DNA of 64,000 bases from an uncultured Gemmatimonadota bacterium. GTDB taxonomy: Bacteria > JAAXHH01. This document shows positions 20,401 through 29,097 of the stretch, one piece after another. The stretch is from assembly GCA_951812955.1 (NCBI GenBank), contig OX638340.1, forward strand, positions 3,104,001 through 3,168,000, in the 5' to 3' direction. The notes under the pieces are model-generated. The model was not told the origin of the DNA and ran no database searches. It saw only the letters and a list, made by a program, of their open reading frames with translations. The position numbers were made by a program, and so were the translations under genes. Position 1 is the first letter of the stretch. Each line of letters opens with the position of its first letter.

Positions 20401-21423
20401 TTAAGACGCTTCGAATACCTTGCCTATTTCATCCCGGTCGAAGGTTGGCAGATCGACGACCGCCCCGTCCCTCCTTATCCGGATTCCGTACCCGGGAGGT
20501 TCTATAGAGCCAATCACGGCGGCCGGAATGCCGGCTTCCGCGAGGCGGGCGGTCACCGGGTCCGCGCAGTCCGCATCTACCACGATGAGCAGCGCGCCCG
20601 ACGCGATGACGCCAAGGGGATCCAGGCCGTAGTACGAACAAAGGGCCTCCGATTCGGGCAACAGGGGCAGCCGGTCCTCCTCGATGAGCATGCCGACATC
20701 GGAAGCGACGGCGATTTCGCGAAGCCCCGAAGCGACTCCGCCCTCCGTCGGATCATGCATGGCGTGGACCCCTCCGGTTTCCATGGCGATGCGGGATTCA
20801 CGGACTACGCTGAGGCCGGGCCGCCGGAGGTACAGGCGGCACGTCTCGAGAAATTCGTCGGAGAAACGAGCCCTGACCTCGTCACTTTTTTCCATGGCGA
20901 TCAGCGCCGTCGCCTCGATGGCGATGCCCTTGGTAAGCAGGATACGGTCGCCCACCCTGGCGCCGGATCCGGTAACGTAGCCGTCGGGTGTCGTTTCCCC
21001 CAGCATCTGCCCGATCAGCAGCGGCCGGTCCAGACCGTGGGTGATTTCGGTATGGCCACCGGCGAGCGTGACGCCGAGTTCCCGGCACGCGTCGGACAAC
21101 CCGGAGAATATGCGGTCCACCAGATCGGGGTCCGTTTTCGCTTCCGGAAGCAGTATGGTCGTGAGGAACCACCGGGGCGCCGCGCCCATGGCCGCCACGT
21201 CGTTGGCGTTTATGTTGACGGCGTACCAGCCGATCTCTTCGGTGGCGAAGGTGATAGGGTCCGTTTTCGTCACGAGTACGCTGGAACCGAACGAAATCAC
21301 CGCCGCGTCCCGGCCGATGCCAGGACCCACGAGCATTCTCGGGTCGGAACTGGAAGCATAGCGTCGCAGTATGCGGTCCAGATCTTCCGCGGGCAGCTTG
21401 CCGACCGGGTAATAGGGAGGCAT
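20401..21423 (-). CDS. AIR-synthase-related (PurM/HypE/ThiL superfamily) protein
   Basis: ANDVAAMGAAPRWF resembles HypE ANDVAVSGAIPRY. The Gly/Cys-rich N-terminal loop of SelD is absent. The probable start is MPPYYPVGKL at 21423. Confidence 0.55.
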   Translation of the reverse strand: MPPYYPVGKLPAEDLDRILRRYASSSDPRMLVGPGIGRDAAVISFGSSVLVTKTDPITFATEEIGWYAVNINANDVAAMGAAPRWFLTTILLPEAKTDPDLVDRIFSGLSDACRELGVTLAGGHTEITHGLDRPLLIGQMLGETTPDGYVTGSGARVGDRILLTKGIAIEATALIAMEKSDEVRARFSDEFLETCRLYLRRPGLSVVRESRIAMETGGVHAMHDPTEGGVASGLREIAVASDVGMLIEEDRLPLLPESEALCSYYGLDPLGVIASGALLIVVDADCADPVTARLAEAGIPAAVIGSIEPPGYGIRIRRDGAVVDLPTFDRDEIGKVFEAS

Positions 21424-21530
21424 GTCTCGCTGATCTGCGTGGGTGCTTGGATATCCGTGCGGAGGGCTTGTACCGGCGCCGCGGACCGCCGATTCCCGCA
21501 CGTCAGGCGGCGCGGGCGGCCGAGACCGGA

Positions 21531-21833
21531 TTATTCCCGCCGCTTTCGCTGGGCGCGCAAAGCTTCTTTGAGTATCTTCCCCGGTTTGAACCTGGCTTTA
21601 CGCCTGGCCGGAACTTCGATGGTATACCCGGTCCGCGGATTGCGGGCCGCCGGCTTGGGGCGGGTATTCCTGATTTCCAGCGCGCCGAATCCCCGGATCT
21701 CGATCCGGTTCCCCTCGACCAGGTTCTCCCGCATGATCTCGAAGAGGGCGTCGATCACGGGATAGATCTGGGTCTTTTTGAGCCCCAGCGTCTCGCTGAT
21801 TTCATTGACCAGTTCCCTGCGCGTCGTCGTCAT
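21531..21833 (-). CDS. HU/IHF-family DNA-binding protein (IHF-beta-like)
   Basis: 100 aa with GFGALEIRNTRPKPAARNPRTGYTIEVPARRKARFKPGK, the beta-arm motif. Confidence 0.85.
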   Translation of the reverse strand: MTTTRRELVNEISETLGLKKTQIYPVIDALFEIMRENLVEGNRIEIRGFGALEIRNTRPKPAARNPRTGYTIEVPARRKARFKPGKILKEALRAQRKRRE

Positions 21834-22507
21834 TTAGGTTCCTCGGACCCGATGCCTTCGTTTCCGCCGGACAATCCCGCCCGACCGTACATGCGGCGCA
21901 ACTTGTCCACGTTCTCTTCGCCTATGGTATTGACCTGGCCGAGCATGCGCGCCACGAGGGTAATCCGTGCGCAGTGCTCCATGGTCTCCATCTTGTGATA
22001 CGCCGCAACGATGTCCGGACCCAGGGTCAGCGCGCCATGGTTTTCGAGCAGGACCGCGTCGTATTCCCGCACGTATTCCCGGAGCGATTCGACCAGCTCC
22101 ATGGTTCCCGGCGTCCCGTATGGCGCGATGGGGACATGTCCGAGGGAGACGATCACTTCCGGCAGCAGGTTGTCCGGCAGATTCACCCCGGCCACGGAAA
22201 ACCCCGTTGACGCCGGTGGATGGGCGTGGGCGACGGCGTGCACGTCCGGCCGTTCCCGATACACCATCAGGTGCATTTTCATCTCGGACGAAGGCTCGTG
22301 ACTTCCGGAGATCACCGCGCCGTCATAATCGACGACCACGAACTTATCCGGATCGAGGAATCCTTTGCTGACCCCGGTCATCGTGATCAGCAACCGGTCT
22401 TCGGACAGCCGAACGCTGAGGTTCCCGTCGTTCGAGGCCACGTACCCGCGGTCATACATCCGCTTGCCGACATGGATCACGTCGGATAGGACTTGATCAA
22501 GTTGCAA
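21830..22507 (-). CDS. Class II aldolase/adducin-family protein
   Basis: 225 aa with the aldolase_II N-terminus YDRGYVASNDGNLSVRL and HAHP metal ligands. Its stop overlaps the start of the HU gene by 4 bp. Confidence 0.75.
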   Translation of the reverse strand: MQLDQVLSDVIHVGKRMYDRGYVASNDGNLSVRLSEDRLLITMTGVSKGFLDPDKFVVVDYDGAVISGSHEPSSEMKMHLMVYRERPDVHAVAHAHPPASTGFSVAGVNLPDNLLPEVIVSLGHVPIAPYGTPGTMELVESLREYVREYDAVLLENHGALTLGPDIVAAYHKMETMEHCARITLVARMLGQVNTIGEENVDKLRRMYGRAGLSGGNEGIGSEEPK

Positions 22508-22605
22508 GATAACTCGGTTCCAGGTGTAAGATTTCGGATTGCAGTATTACGATTTCGAATATATCCGGCCCGCCGATTCCGTACAAGTATTATTATTTAC
22601 GTAAG

Positions 22606-24072
22606 TTATAAGCCGGACCTTACAATACGCGCCACGTCGTGAATCCGGCTTTTCTCTACGCCCCGCATGTCGATCCGGACCCGGTCCCGGCCGCAATCGA
22701 CCAGCAGAGGAGGGGTCCCATTAAGCCACCGGTCCGCCAGGTCTTCGCCCCTGGACCCCGGCGCGCGAACCGAGACAGCGAAGCTGGGCATGGCGTGGAT
22801 GGGAAGGCGGTACGTGGTGAGATGCGACCGCTGTTCGACCACGGTACACTCCGCGCGGAATCGACAGTCTTCAGTCAGGCGTTCGAGCAACTGGCGGGCA
22901 CGGGCGCCTACCTCGTCCGGGGATGCGGCCAGCATGTGGGCCGCCGGGTGGTTCTCGAGGTCGCAGTCGCTCCCGGCCAGTTCCGCCAGACGCGCGTCGA
23001 GCCCCGCTCTCACGTGCCTGGAGGCCCGCGCCGCGGGCCACATGCCGTGCCCTCTAATGCGCGCCAGGATCCGGCGCTTTCCGATCAGCAGTCCGCAGGG
23101 GGGACCGCCAATCAGGCCTCCGCCGGCCGCGATGATCAACGGCGTGCCGTGCCGCACCGCTTCCGCGACGGAGCCCGCGGCCGGAAGCGCGGCGGAAGTG
23201 ACCGGGCGCAACGTCGTGTCGCCGGCCAGGTGAAGCACCTCGACGCCGGTGTCCGTACCGGTCCGTACGATCTCTTCCTGCGCGGGTTCTTCTGTGAAAC
23301 CTCGAAGGGCGCAGGTGGACGGGCGCGCCGTGACGATCAGCGCGGTGCGGTCACCTACGGCGCCAAGGTAGTCGGACACGCGGGTCTTGTTGGCGGCGCC
23401 GGCCTCTACCACGGCTGCGCCGGCCTGTCCACAGATCGACACCGGACTCAAAGGCCGCGCATCGTAAGGCGCATCGATCAGTCCAAGCTGGCTGCGGCCG
23501 AAGACGACTTCCGCACCTTCGGCGAGGGCCCGGATCGCCAGGAAGAAAGCGGCGCCGACCGAACGGCATACCAGTGCGTCCTCGGCGCCGGTCAATTCGC
23601 CAAGCAGGCCGGAGGCGCGGCCGTCATCGTCGTAAGCCGCGACCGTGAGCGACAGCCGCGAAGCCCTATCCGCGGCCTTCCCGGCAAACCGGTCCCGCGC
23701 CCGTGGATGGAAGAGGATGCCGGAGGCGTTGATCAGGTCCCCGGCCGTCGACCTGTCTTCCCGCTCCAGGAGCGCGGCGACTCGTCCCGCGAAGTGCTCC
23801 GACTCGAAACCGGCCGTCGACCTTTCTTCCCGCTCCAGGAGCGTGGCGACTCGTCCCGCGAAGTGCTCCGGCTCGAAACCGCCTGCTTCAGTCTCGGGAG
23901 GACGGAACCGGATCCGGTCCCGCGCGTCGCGCAGTACTTTCCGGATCGCGTTGTCGATCTGCCGGTCCTCGAACCGGCCGCGCAATGCCCCGACGCGGGG
24001 ATCGCGTTGCATCGCGCCCACGGAAGGCAGGAGGGCGAGCCAGGGCCTTAAGTCTTCGCGGCCTGGTCTCAT
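22606..24072 (-). CDS. selA: L-seryl-tRNA(Sec) selenium transferase (selenocysteine synthase)
   Basis: Collinear with E. coli SelA from LRPWLALLPSVG (cf. LYSQLPAIDRLL) through the PLP region. The start ATG at 24072 has a GGAGGAA RBS. The gene contains an in-frame 69-bp tandem duplication. Confidence 0.85.
   Translation of the reverse strand: MRPGREDLRPWLALLPSVGAMQRDPRVGALRGRFEDRQIDNAIRKVLRDARDRIRFRPPETEAGGFEPEHFAGRVATLLEREERSTAGFESEHFAGRVAALLEREDRSTAGDLINASGILFHPRARDRFAGKAADRASRLSLTVAAYDDDGRASGLLGELTGAEDALVCRSVGAAFFLAIRALAEGAEVVFGRSQLGLIDAPYDARPLSPVSICGQAGAAVVEAGAANKTRVSDYLGAVGDRTALIVTARPSTCALRGFTEEPAQEEIVRTGTDTGVEVLHLAGDTTLRPVTSAALPAAGSVAEAVRHGTPLIIAAGGGLIGGPPCGLLIGKRRILARIRGHGMWPAARASRHVRAGLDARLAELAGSDCDLENHPAAHMLAASPDEVGARARQLLERLTEDCRFRAECTVVEQRSHLTTYRLPIHAMPSFAVSVRAPGSRGEDLADRWLNGTPPLLVDCGRDRVRIDMRGVEKSRIHDVARIVRSGL
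23741..23878. repeat. In-frame 69-bp x2 direct tandem duplication inside selA (3 mismatches)
   Basis: Copy 1 is 23741-23809 and copy 2 is 23810-23878. They encode GFEPEHFAGRVATLLEREERSTA | GFESEHFAGRVAALLEREDRSTA. Confidence 0.85.
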
Positions 24073-24785
24073 GCGGGGATTCCTCCCCGGCCTACCGTCG
24101 CGAGCGCGGATTCCGTGCAGCGTCCGGTCGAGGGATCGCCGCCGGCCCGCAGCGCCCGTATCTCGCGGGCGACCCGGTCCAGATCGGCGGGCCGGTCCAC
24201 GTCGTGCCAGACCGGGAGCTCGTGGCACGTAAGACCGCTTGCCCGGATTGCCGCCCGAGTCTGGCGCAACACGCGGCCTGTGCCCCAATGGATGGAGTCG
24301 AACAGCCTGGCGCAACGGCATGCGACCTTCACGCCGCGTCTCATGCCGATCAGGTAATACCCGCCGTCCTCGGCAGGTCCGAGCACAACGTCGTGCCGGT
24401 CGAGCGACTCGAAAGCCTCTTCGACGTAAGCGCGGGGCAGGAGGGGGCTGTCTCCACCCAGCACGACGGTCTTGTCCCATTCATTCTGCAAGAACTCCGC
24501 GAAGGCGTTCGACAGCCGTTCCCCGAGATGACCACCTCGCTGGCCGGTCCATATCACGTCCGGATCGCCGAGGGCGGACCGGAGATCCGCCAGTCCGTCT
24601 TCGGGCGCCCAGGCAACGTAGAGGGACGCGCTGGCGATCCCTTGCGCAATATGGAGCGTGTCCAGGATGAAGGCGCGGTAGAGTGCCGCCGCCGCACCGG
24701 GTGAGACCCGCGCCGTCAACCGGGTTTTCACCGTCCCGGGTCTCGGGGCTTTCATGAACAGGACGAGTGCGTTCGACATGGACAT
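24069..24785 (-). CDS. DUF2064 / TIGR04282-like nucleotidyltransferase-fold protein, translationally coupled to selA
   Basis: The start MSMSNALVLFMKAPRPGTVKTRL...LYRAFILDTL matches my recall of the DUF2064 family. The TGA stop and the selA ATG overlap as ATGA. Confidence 0.5.
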   Translation of the reverse strand: MSMSNALVLFMKAPRPGTVKTRLTARVSPGAAAALYRAFILDTLHIAQGIASASLYVAWAPEDGLADLRSALGDPDVIWTGQRGGHLGERLSNAFAEFLQNEWDKTVVLGGDSPLLPRAYVEEAFESLDRHDVVLGPAEDGGYYLIGMRRGVKVACRCARLFDSIHWGTGRVLRQTRAAIRASGLTCHELPVWHDVDRPADLDRVAREIRALRAGGDPSTGRCTESALATVGRGGIPA

Positions 24786-25084
24786 GTGCTGGACGTTACA
24801 GGGAAGACAGGTTCCGCCCGGGGGCGGCAAGGCATTGAACCGATGCGTTGCGAGGCAACCCATGCATACTACCTGGCGGCTCGTGACGTGTCAATTAAAA
24901 CCCCTGTTTATCAACCAGTTAACCCGATTTCCATCAGCTCGGGAACAACAATAAGACTTGACATTAAGGGTACTTGAAGGTTATTTTCGGCCTTTCTTGC
25001 CGGGCGCCGGCCTTCCCCGATACATAAGGACCGGAGCCCGTTAAAGACGAGCCGCCTGGCGGCGCCGGGTCCGATCCATGGAAG

Positions 25085-26062
25085 ATGGCCATGTGGGATG
25101 AAATCAAGGCAGCCATAGCATCGAACCAGTCCTTCGTGATATCCAGTCACGTCAATCCGGACGGGGATTCGGTCGGCTCGGCCCTGGGGGTCTACGAGTG
25201 TCTTAAAACGCTCGGGAAGGACGCCGTCGTCGTCATGAACGACGCCATTCCCGATGCCTATACCTGGCTGGACCCGGACGGGGATATCATCGCGCCGGCC
25301 TCGGAGGCGGATATCGCGCGCCTGGGGGACATGGACGTGGCCGTCATCGTGGACGCCAACGGCTGGGACAGGCTGGGGCGTTTACGGAAGCCGCTGGAAG
25401 AATCGCCGGCAGTCAAGGTCGTGATCGACCACCATCCATACAGTGAACTGATCACGCCCTTGTCGGTGATTGAGACGAATGCGTCTTCAACGGCCGAGCT
25501 CGTTTATGATCTGATCGACTCATTAGGCGCGCCGCTTTCTTCGAGGGCGGCGGACGCGCTATACACGGGCATACTCACCGATACCGTTTCCTTCCGTTTC
25601 GCCAGAAGCGCTCCATGCGCCCATGTCATCGCGGCCAAGCTCCTTTCCGCGGGCGTCGACCCGTCCCGGGTCTACGACCAGGTCTACAACCGCAACACGG
25701 GCGCCCGAACCCGGCTCATGGGCCGCGCGCTCTCCGATATTCAATTCACCGGATGCGGCCGCGTCGCCTGGCTGACCGTAACACGTTCCATGATTGAGGA
25801 GACCGGCGCGCTGTCCTCGGATACGAGCGGGTTCGTGGACGTGACCATGACCATCGCCGGCATTCGGATCGGGATCATTTTCGTGGAGTCCAGAGACGGC
25901 ACGGTCCAGATCAGCTTGAGGTCCCGGCCCGATACCGATATCAATCAGGTCGCCGTAGACCTGGGCGGCGGCGGCCACAGGAACGCCGCGGGCGCCGTGT
26001 ACAGCGGCACGCTCGAACAGGCCGTCAGGACCGTCACGGCGGCGGCGGTCACCGCACTCTAG
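25085..26062 (+). CDS. nrnA: DHH-family phosphoesterase (NrnA-like oligoribonuclease/pAp phosphatase)
   Basis: SSHVNPDGDSVGSA and VIDHHPY motifs give the DHH + DHHA1 architecture. Confidence 0.7.
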   Translation: MAMWDEIKAAIASNQSFVISSHVNPDGDSVGSALGVYECLKTLGKDAVVVMNDAIPDAYTWLDPDGDIIAPASEADIARLGDMDVAVIVDANGWDRLGRLRKPLEESPAVKVVIDHHPYSELITPLSVIETNASSTAELVYDLIDSLGAPLSSRAADALYTGILTDTVSFRFARSAPCAHVIAAKLLSAGVDPSRVYDQVYNRNTGARTRLMGRALSDIQFTGCGRVAWLTVTRSMIEETGALSSDTSGFVDVTMTIAGIRIGIIFVESRDGTVQISLRSRPDTDINQVAVDLGGGGHRNAAGAVYSGTLEQAVRTVTAAAVTAL

Positions 26063-26156
26063 CACGGCAGTCACCGAATTCCGGCTCGGTGGTCACCGCA
26101 CGCTGGTACGGCTGTTATTCCCGCGGGCCGGCTGACCGTCCGAACCATCCGACCGC

Positions 26157-26981
26157 ATGATACTCATTACGCGAAAAACCCGTTTCTCGGCGGCCCATCT
26201 GTGCCACGACCCGCAGTGGCCGGAGGCCAGGAACAGGCGGGTGTACGGAACCTGCGCCGTCGGCACCGGCCACGGTCACGACTACGAGGCCGAATTCACT
26301 TTCGGAGGACCAGTCGATCCCCGGACCGGCGTGGTCCTGAACCTGACCGAGGTCAAGCGGCTGATCCACGCCGTGATCGAGCCGCTGGATCTGAGCCATC
26401 TGAACCACGACCACGCCGCCCTGGAGGGTCCGGCTCCGACGAGCGAAAGACTCGTCCGGTACCTCTGGCACGCGCTGGAAAGCGGTACCGGGCGGTGCGA
26501 GCTTACGCGCATCCTGCTCCATGAAAGCCGCGCGAGAAGTATCGAATACACTGGAGACGACAGCATGGTCCTTGTCACGAGAAGCGTAGAGTTCAACGCC
26601 GCCCACCGTCTGCACAGTATTAAGTTGAGCGACGAAGAGAACGTGCGTATATTCGGCAAGTGCAATAACCCGCACGGCCACGGCCACAATTATGAACTCG
26701 CGGTGACGGTCCGCGGCCCGGTAGACGAGAAGACCGGGATGGTCATCGACATGGGACGTTTCGATGAGATCCTCCAGAAGGAAGTCGTGGATCGTTACGA
26801 TCACCGGCACCTGAACCGGGACCTGGAGGAATTCAGGACGGTCAATCCGACCTCGGAGGAGATGCTACGCGTTATCTGGGCGCGGCTGCTTCCCTTTTTC
26901 GATTCCCCATCCCTGTACAGGATTCGCCTGGTGGAAACGTCCAAGAACGCTTTCGAGTATTTCGGAGAAGAGGACCGGTAA
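26157..26981 (+). CDS. queD: Bimodular 6-pyruvoyl-tetrahydropterin synthase / QueD-like protein (two tandem PTPS domains)
   Basis: Both halves carry the Cys-x5-HGH motif ([11 protein letters not shown] and [11 protein letters not shown]) and the zinc-ligand His. 274 aa is about twice a canonical QueD. Confidence 0.75.
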   Translation: MILITRKTRFSAAHLCHDPQWPEARNRRVYGTCAVGTGHGHDYEAEFTFGGPVDPRTGVVLNLTEVKRLIHAVIEPLDLSHLNHDHAALEGPAPTSERLVRYLWHALESGTGRCELTRILLHESRARSIEYTGDDSMVLVTRSVEFNAAHRLHSIKLSDEENVRIFGKCNNPHGHGHNYELAVTVRGPVDEKTGMVIDMGRFDEILQKEVVDRYDHRHLNRDLEEFRTVNPTSEEMLRVIWARLLPFFDSPSLYRIRLVETSKNAFEYFGEEDR

Positions 26982-26986
26982 CCACG

Positions 26987-27550
26987 ATGGATCCTATCGA
27001 GGGATTGACAAGGTCACTGCTCGCCGAAATCGGCGAGAACCCGGACCGGGACGGTCTCAGGCGGACGCCCCGCCGCGTAGCGGAATCCCTGCGGTTTCTG
27101 ACACAGGGCTACGAAAAAAGCATTGAAACCGTTATTAATAACGCTATCTATGAAGAGGACTACGATGAGATGGTACTGGTGAAGGACATTGAGTTCTTCT
27201 CGCTGTGTGAGCACCACCTGCTGCCGTTTTTCGGCCAGTGCCATATCGCCTACATACCCAACGGCAAGATAATCGGACTCGGCAAAGTCCCCCGCATCGT
27301 GGACGTCTTCTCGCGGCGTCTGCAGTTGCAGGAGCGCCTGACCTTCCAGATCGCCCAGACCCTGCAGACCTGGCTCGACCCCCTCGGGGTGGCGGTTGTC
27401 ATGGAAGCGGGCCATCTCTGCATGATGATGCGCGGCGTGGAGAAACAGCACTCCAAGGCGACGACGAGCGCCATGCTCGGCGTATTCCGGGACGATCGCG
27501 CCACGCGGATGGAATTTCTCGATCTGACCCGGTCGAAGCACGGCGGGTAA
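26987..27550 (+). CDS. folE: GTP cyclohydrolase I
   Basis: [32 protein letters not shown]-like core. 187 aa. Confidence 0.93.
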   Translation: MDPIEGLTRSLLAEIGENPDRDGLRRTPRRVAESLRFLTQGYEKSIETVINNAIYEEDYDEMVLVKDIEFFSLCEHHLLPFFGQCHIAYIPNGKIIGLGKVPRIVDVFSRRLQLQERLTFQIAQTLQTWLDPLGVAVVMEAGHLCMMMRGVEKQHSKATTSAMLGVFRDDRATRMEFLDLTRSKHGG

Positions 27551-27612
27551 AGCGGGACAGAGGCAGGCCGGAGACCGGCTTGTTGAAAAGCCGGCGATCG
27601 GCCGATTGACCG

Positions 27613-29073
27613 GTGGGGTACACCATCATGAACAAAGACCGACTCGTGGACCGACTCGCGGCCGTGCTGGGCCGCGACAACGTCATCGACGCGCCGGACC
27701 AGCTGATCGTGTACGAATGCGACGGGCTGACCATCGACCGGAACGCCCCTCATGCCGTGGTCTACCCGACCACGACGGAGGAGGTCGCGGCCGTGGTCCG
27801 CATACTCCACGAAGCAAGGATCCCCTTCGTGGCGCGCGGGGCCGGCACCGGGCTGAGCGGCGGGAGCCTGCCGCCCGACGGCGGGGTCATGATCGCCCTG
27901 ACCAAGATGAACCGCATCGTGGAGGTCGACTTCCGGAACCAGCGCGCGCTGGTGGAAGCCGGCGTGGTCAACCTGCACCTGTCAAAGGAAACCGGCAAGC
28001 AGGGCTACCATTTCGTGCCGGACCCATCGAGCCAGTACGCCTGTACCATCGGCGGAAACATCGCCGAGAACTCGGGCGGTCCCCACACATTGAAGTACGG
28101 GGTCACGACCAACCACACGCTGGGCGTGGAGGTGGTCTTGCCGGACGGGCAAGTCACGTGGTTCGGCGGCAAGGCCGAAGACACCGTGGGGTACGATCTG
28201 CGCGGCCTCCTGATCGGCTCCGAAGGCATGCTGGGCATCGTTACGCGGGCGTGGGTCAAACTGACCCGCCTTCCCCAGGCCTGGCGGACATTTCTGGTGG
28301 TATTCGACAGTGTGGAAGACGCGTCCCGCGCCGTCGCCGGCGTGGTGGACCGGGGAATCGTCCCTTCGGCCCTCGAAATGATCGACCGGGTCGCCATCGG
28401 CGCCATCGAGGCTGCCTACCATTTCGGATTTCCACTGGACGCGGAAGCCGTGCTGATCATCGAACTCGAGGGGCACGAGGCGGGTCTGGGCGCCCAGGCC
28501 GAAGCGGTGACCGCGGTGTGTGGGGATAACCGGGCCCGCGAAATCCGTACCGCGGAAGACGACAGGGAACGCGCCCTGCTGTGGACGAGCCGCAAACGGG
28601 CCTTCGGCGCCATGGGACGCCTGAGTCCCAGCTACTACGTGCAGGACGGCGTGGTTCCACGTACGAAAATCCCGGACATCATGCGGGTCATCCGGACGAC
28701 GGCCGAGAAATACGAACTGCTGATCGGCAACGTGTTCCACGCCGGCGACGGCAACATCCATCCCTGTATCGCATATGACGACCGGGACGAGGAACAGGCG
28801 CAGAAGACCGTGGAGGCCAGCAACGAGATCCTGCGGGCCTGTGTCGACCTGGGCGGATCCATCACCGGGGAACACGGCATCGGATATGAAAAGGTCGACC
28901 TGATGCCCCTGATTTTCGACGAACCGGATATCCAGGCCATGGAGACGGTTAAAGAGGTGTTCGACGGGGACAACCTCAGCAATCCCGGCAAGATGTTTCC
29001 CACGAACCGTTCCTGCATCGGATGCGGAACGGCTGAACTGAAATACACTAACCGCCAGGCGGCGCTGCTCTGA
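27613..29073 (+). CDS. glcD: FAD-linked oxidase, GlcD-like (glycolate oxidase / D-lactate dehydrogenase subunit)
   Basis: FAD-binding PCMH domain (VVYPTTTEEVAAVVRILHEARIPFVARGAGTGLSGGSLP) followed by a C-terminal FAD-oxidase_C domain. Confidence 0.8.
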   Translation: MGYTIMNKDRLVDRLAAVLGRDNVIDAPDQLIVYECDGLTIDRNAPHAVVYPTTTEEVAAVVRILHEARIPFVARGAGTGLSGGSLPPDGGVMIALTKMNRIVEVDFRNQRALVEAGVVNLHLSKETGKQGYHFVPDPSSQYACTIGGNIAENSGGPHTLKYGVTTNHTLGVEVVLPDGQVTWFGGKAEDTVGYDLRGLLIGSEGMLGIVTRAWVKLTRLPQAWRTFLVVFDSVEDASRAVAGVVDRGIVPSALEMIDRVAIGAIEAAYHFGFPLDAEAVLIIELEGHEAGLGAQAEAVTAVCGDNRAREIRTAEDDRERALLWTSRKRAFGAMGRLSPSYYVQDGVVPRTKIPDIMRVIRTTAEKYELLIGNVFHAGDGNIHPCIAYDDRDEEQAQKTVEASNEILRACVDLGGSITGEHGIGYEKVDLMPLIFDEPDIQAMETVKEVFDGDNLSNPGKMFPTNRSCIGCGTAELKYTNRQAALL

Positions 29074-29097
29074 ACTCGATGGCACACAGGTTAACCC

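Noticed and set aside
20401-21423. Selenophosphate synthetase SelD (because selA is nearby)
   Set aside because: It lacks the N-terminal Gly-rich loop with Cys/Sec (SGCGCK-type) that SelD requires. It resembles HypE/ThiL-type AIR-synthase-related proteins instead.
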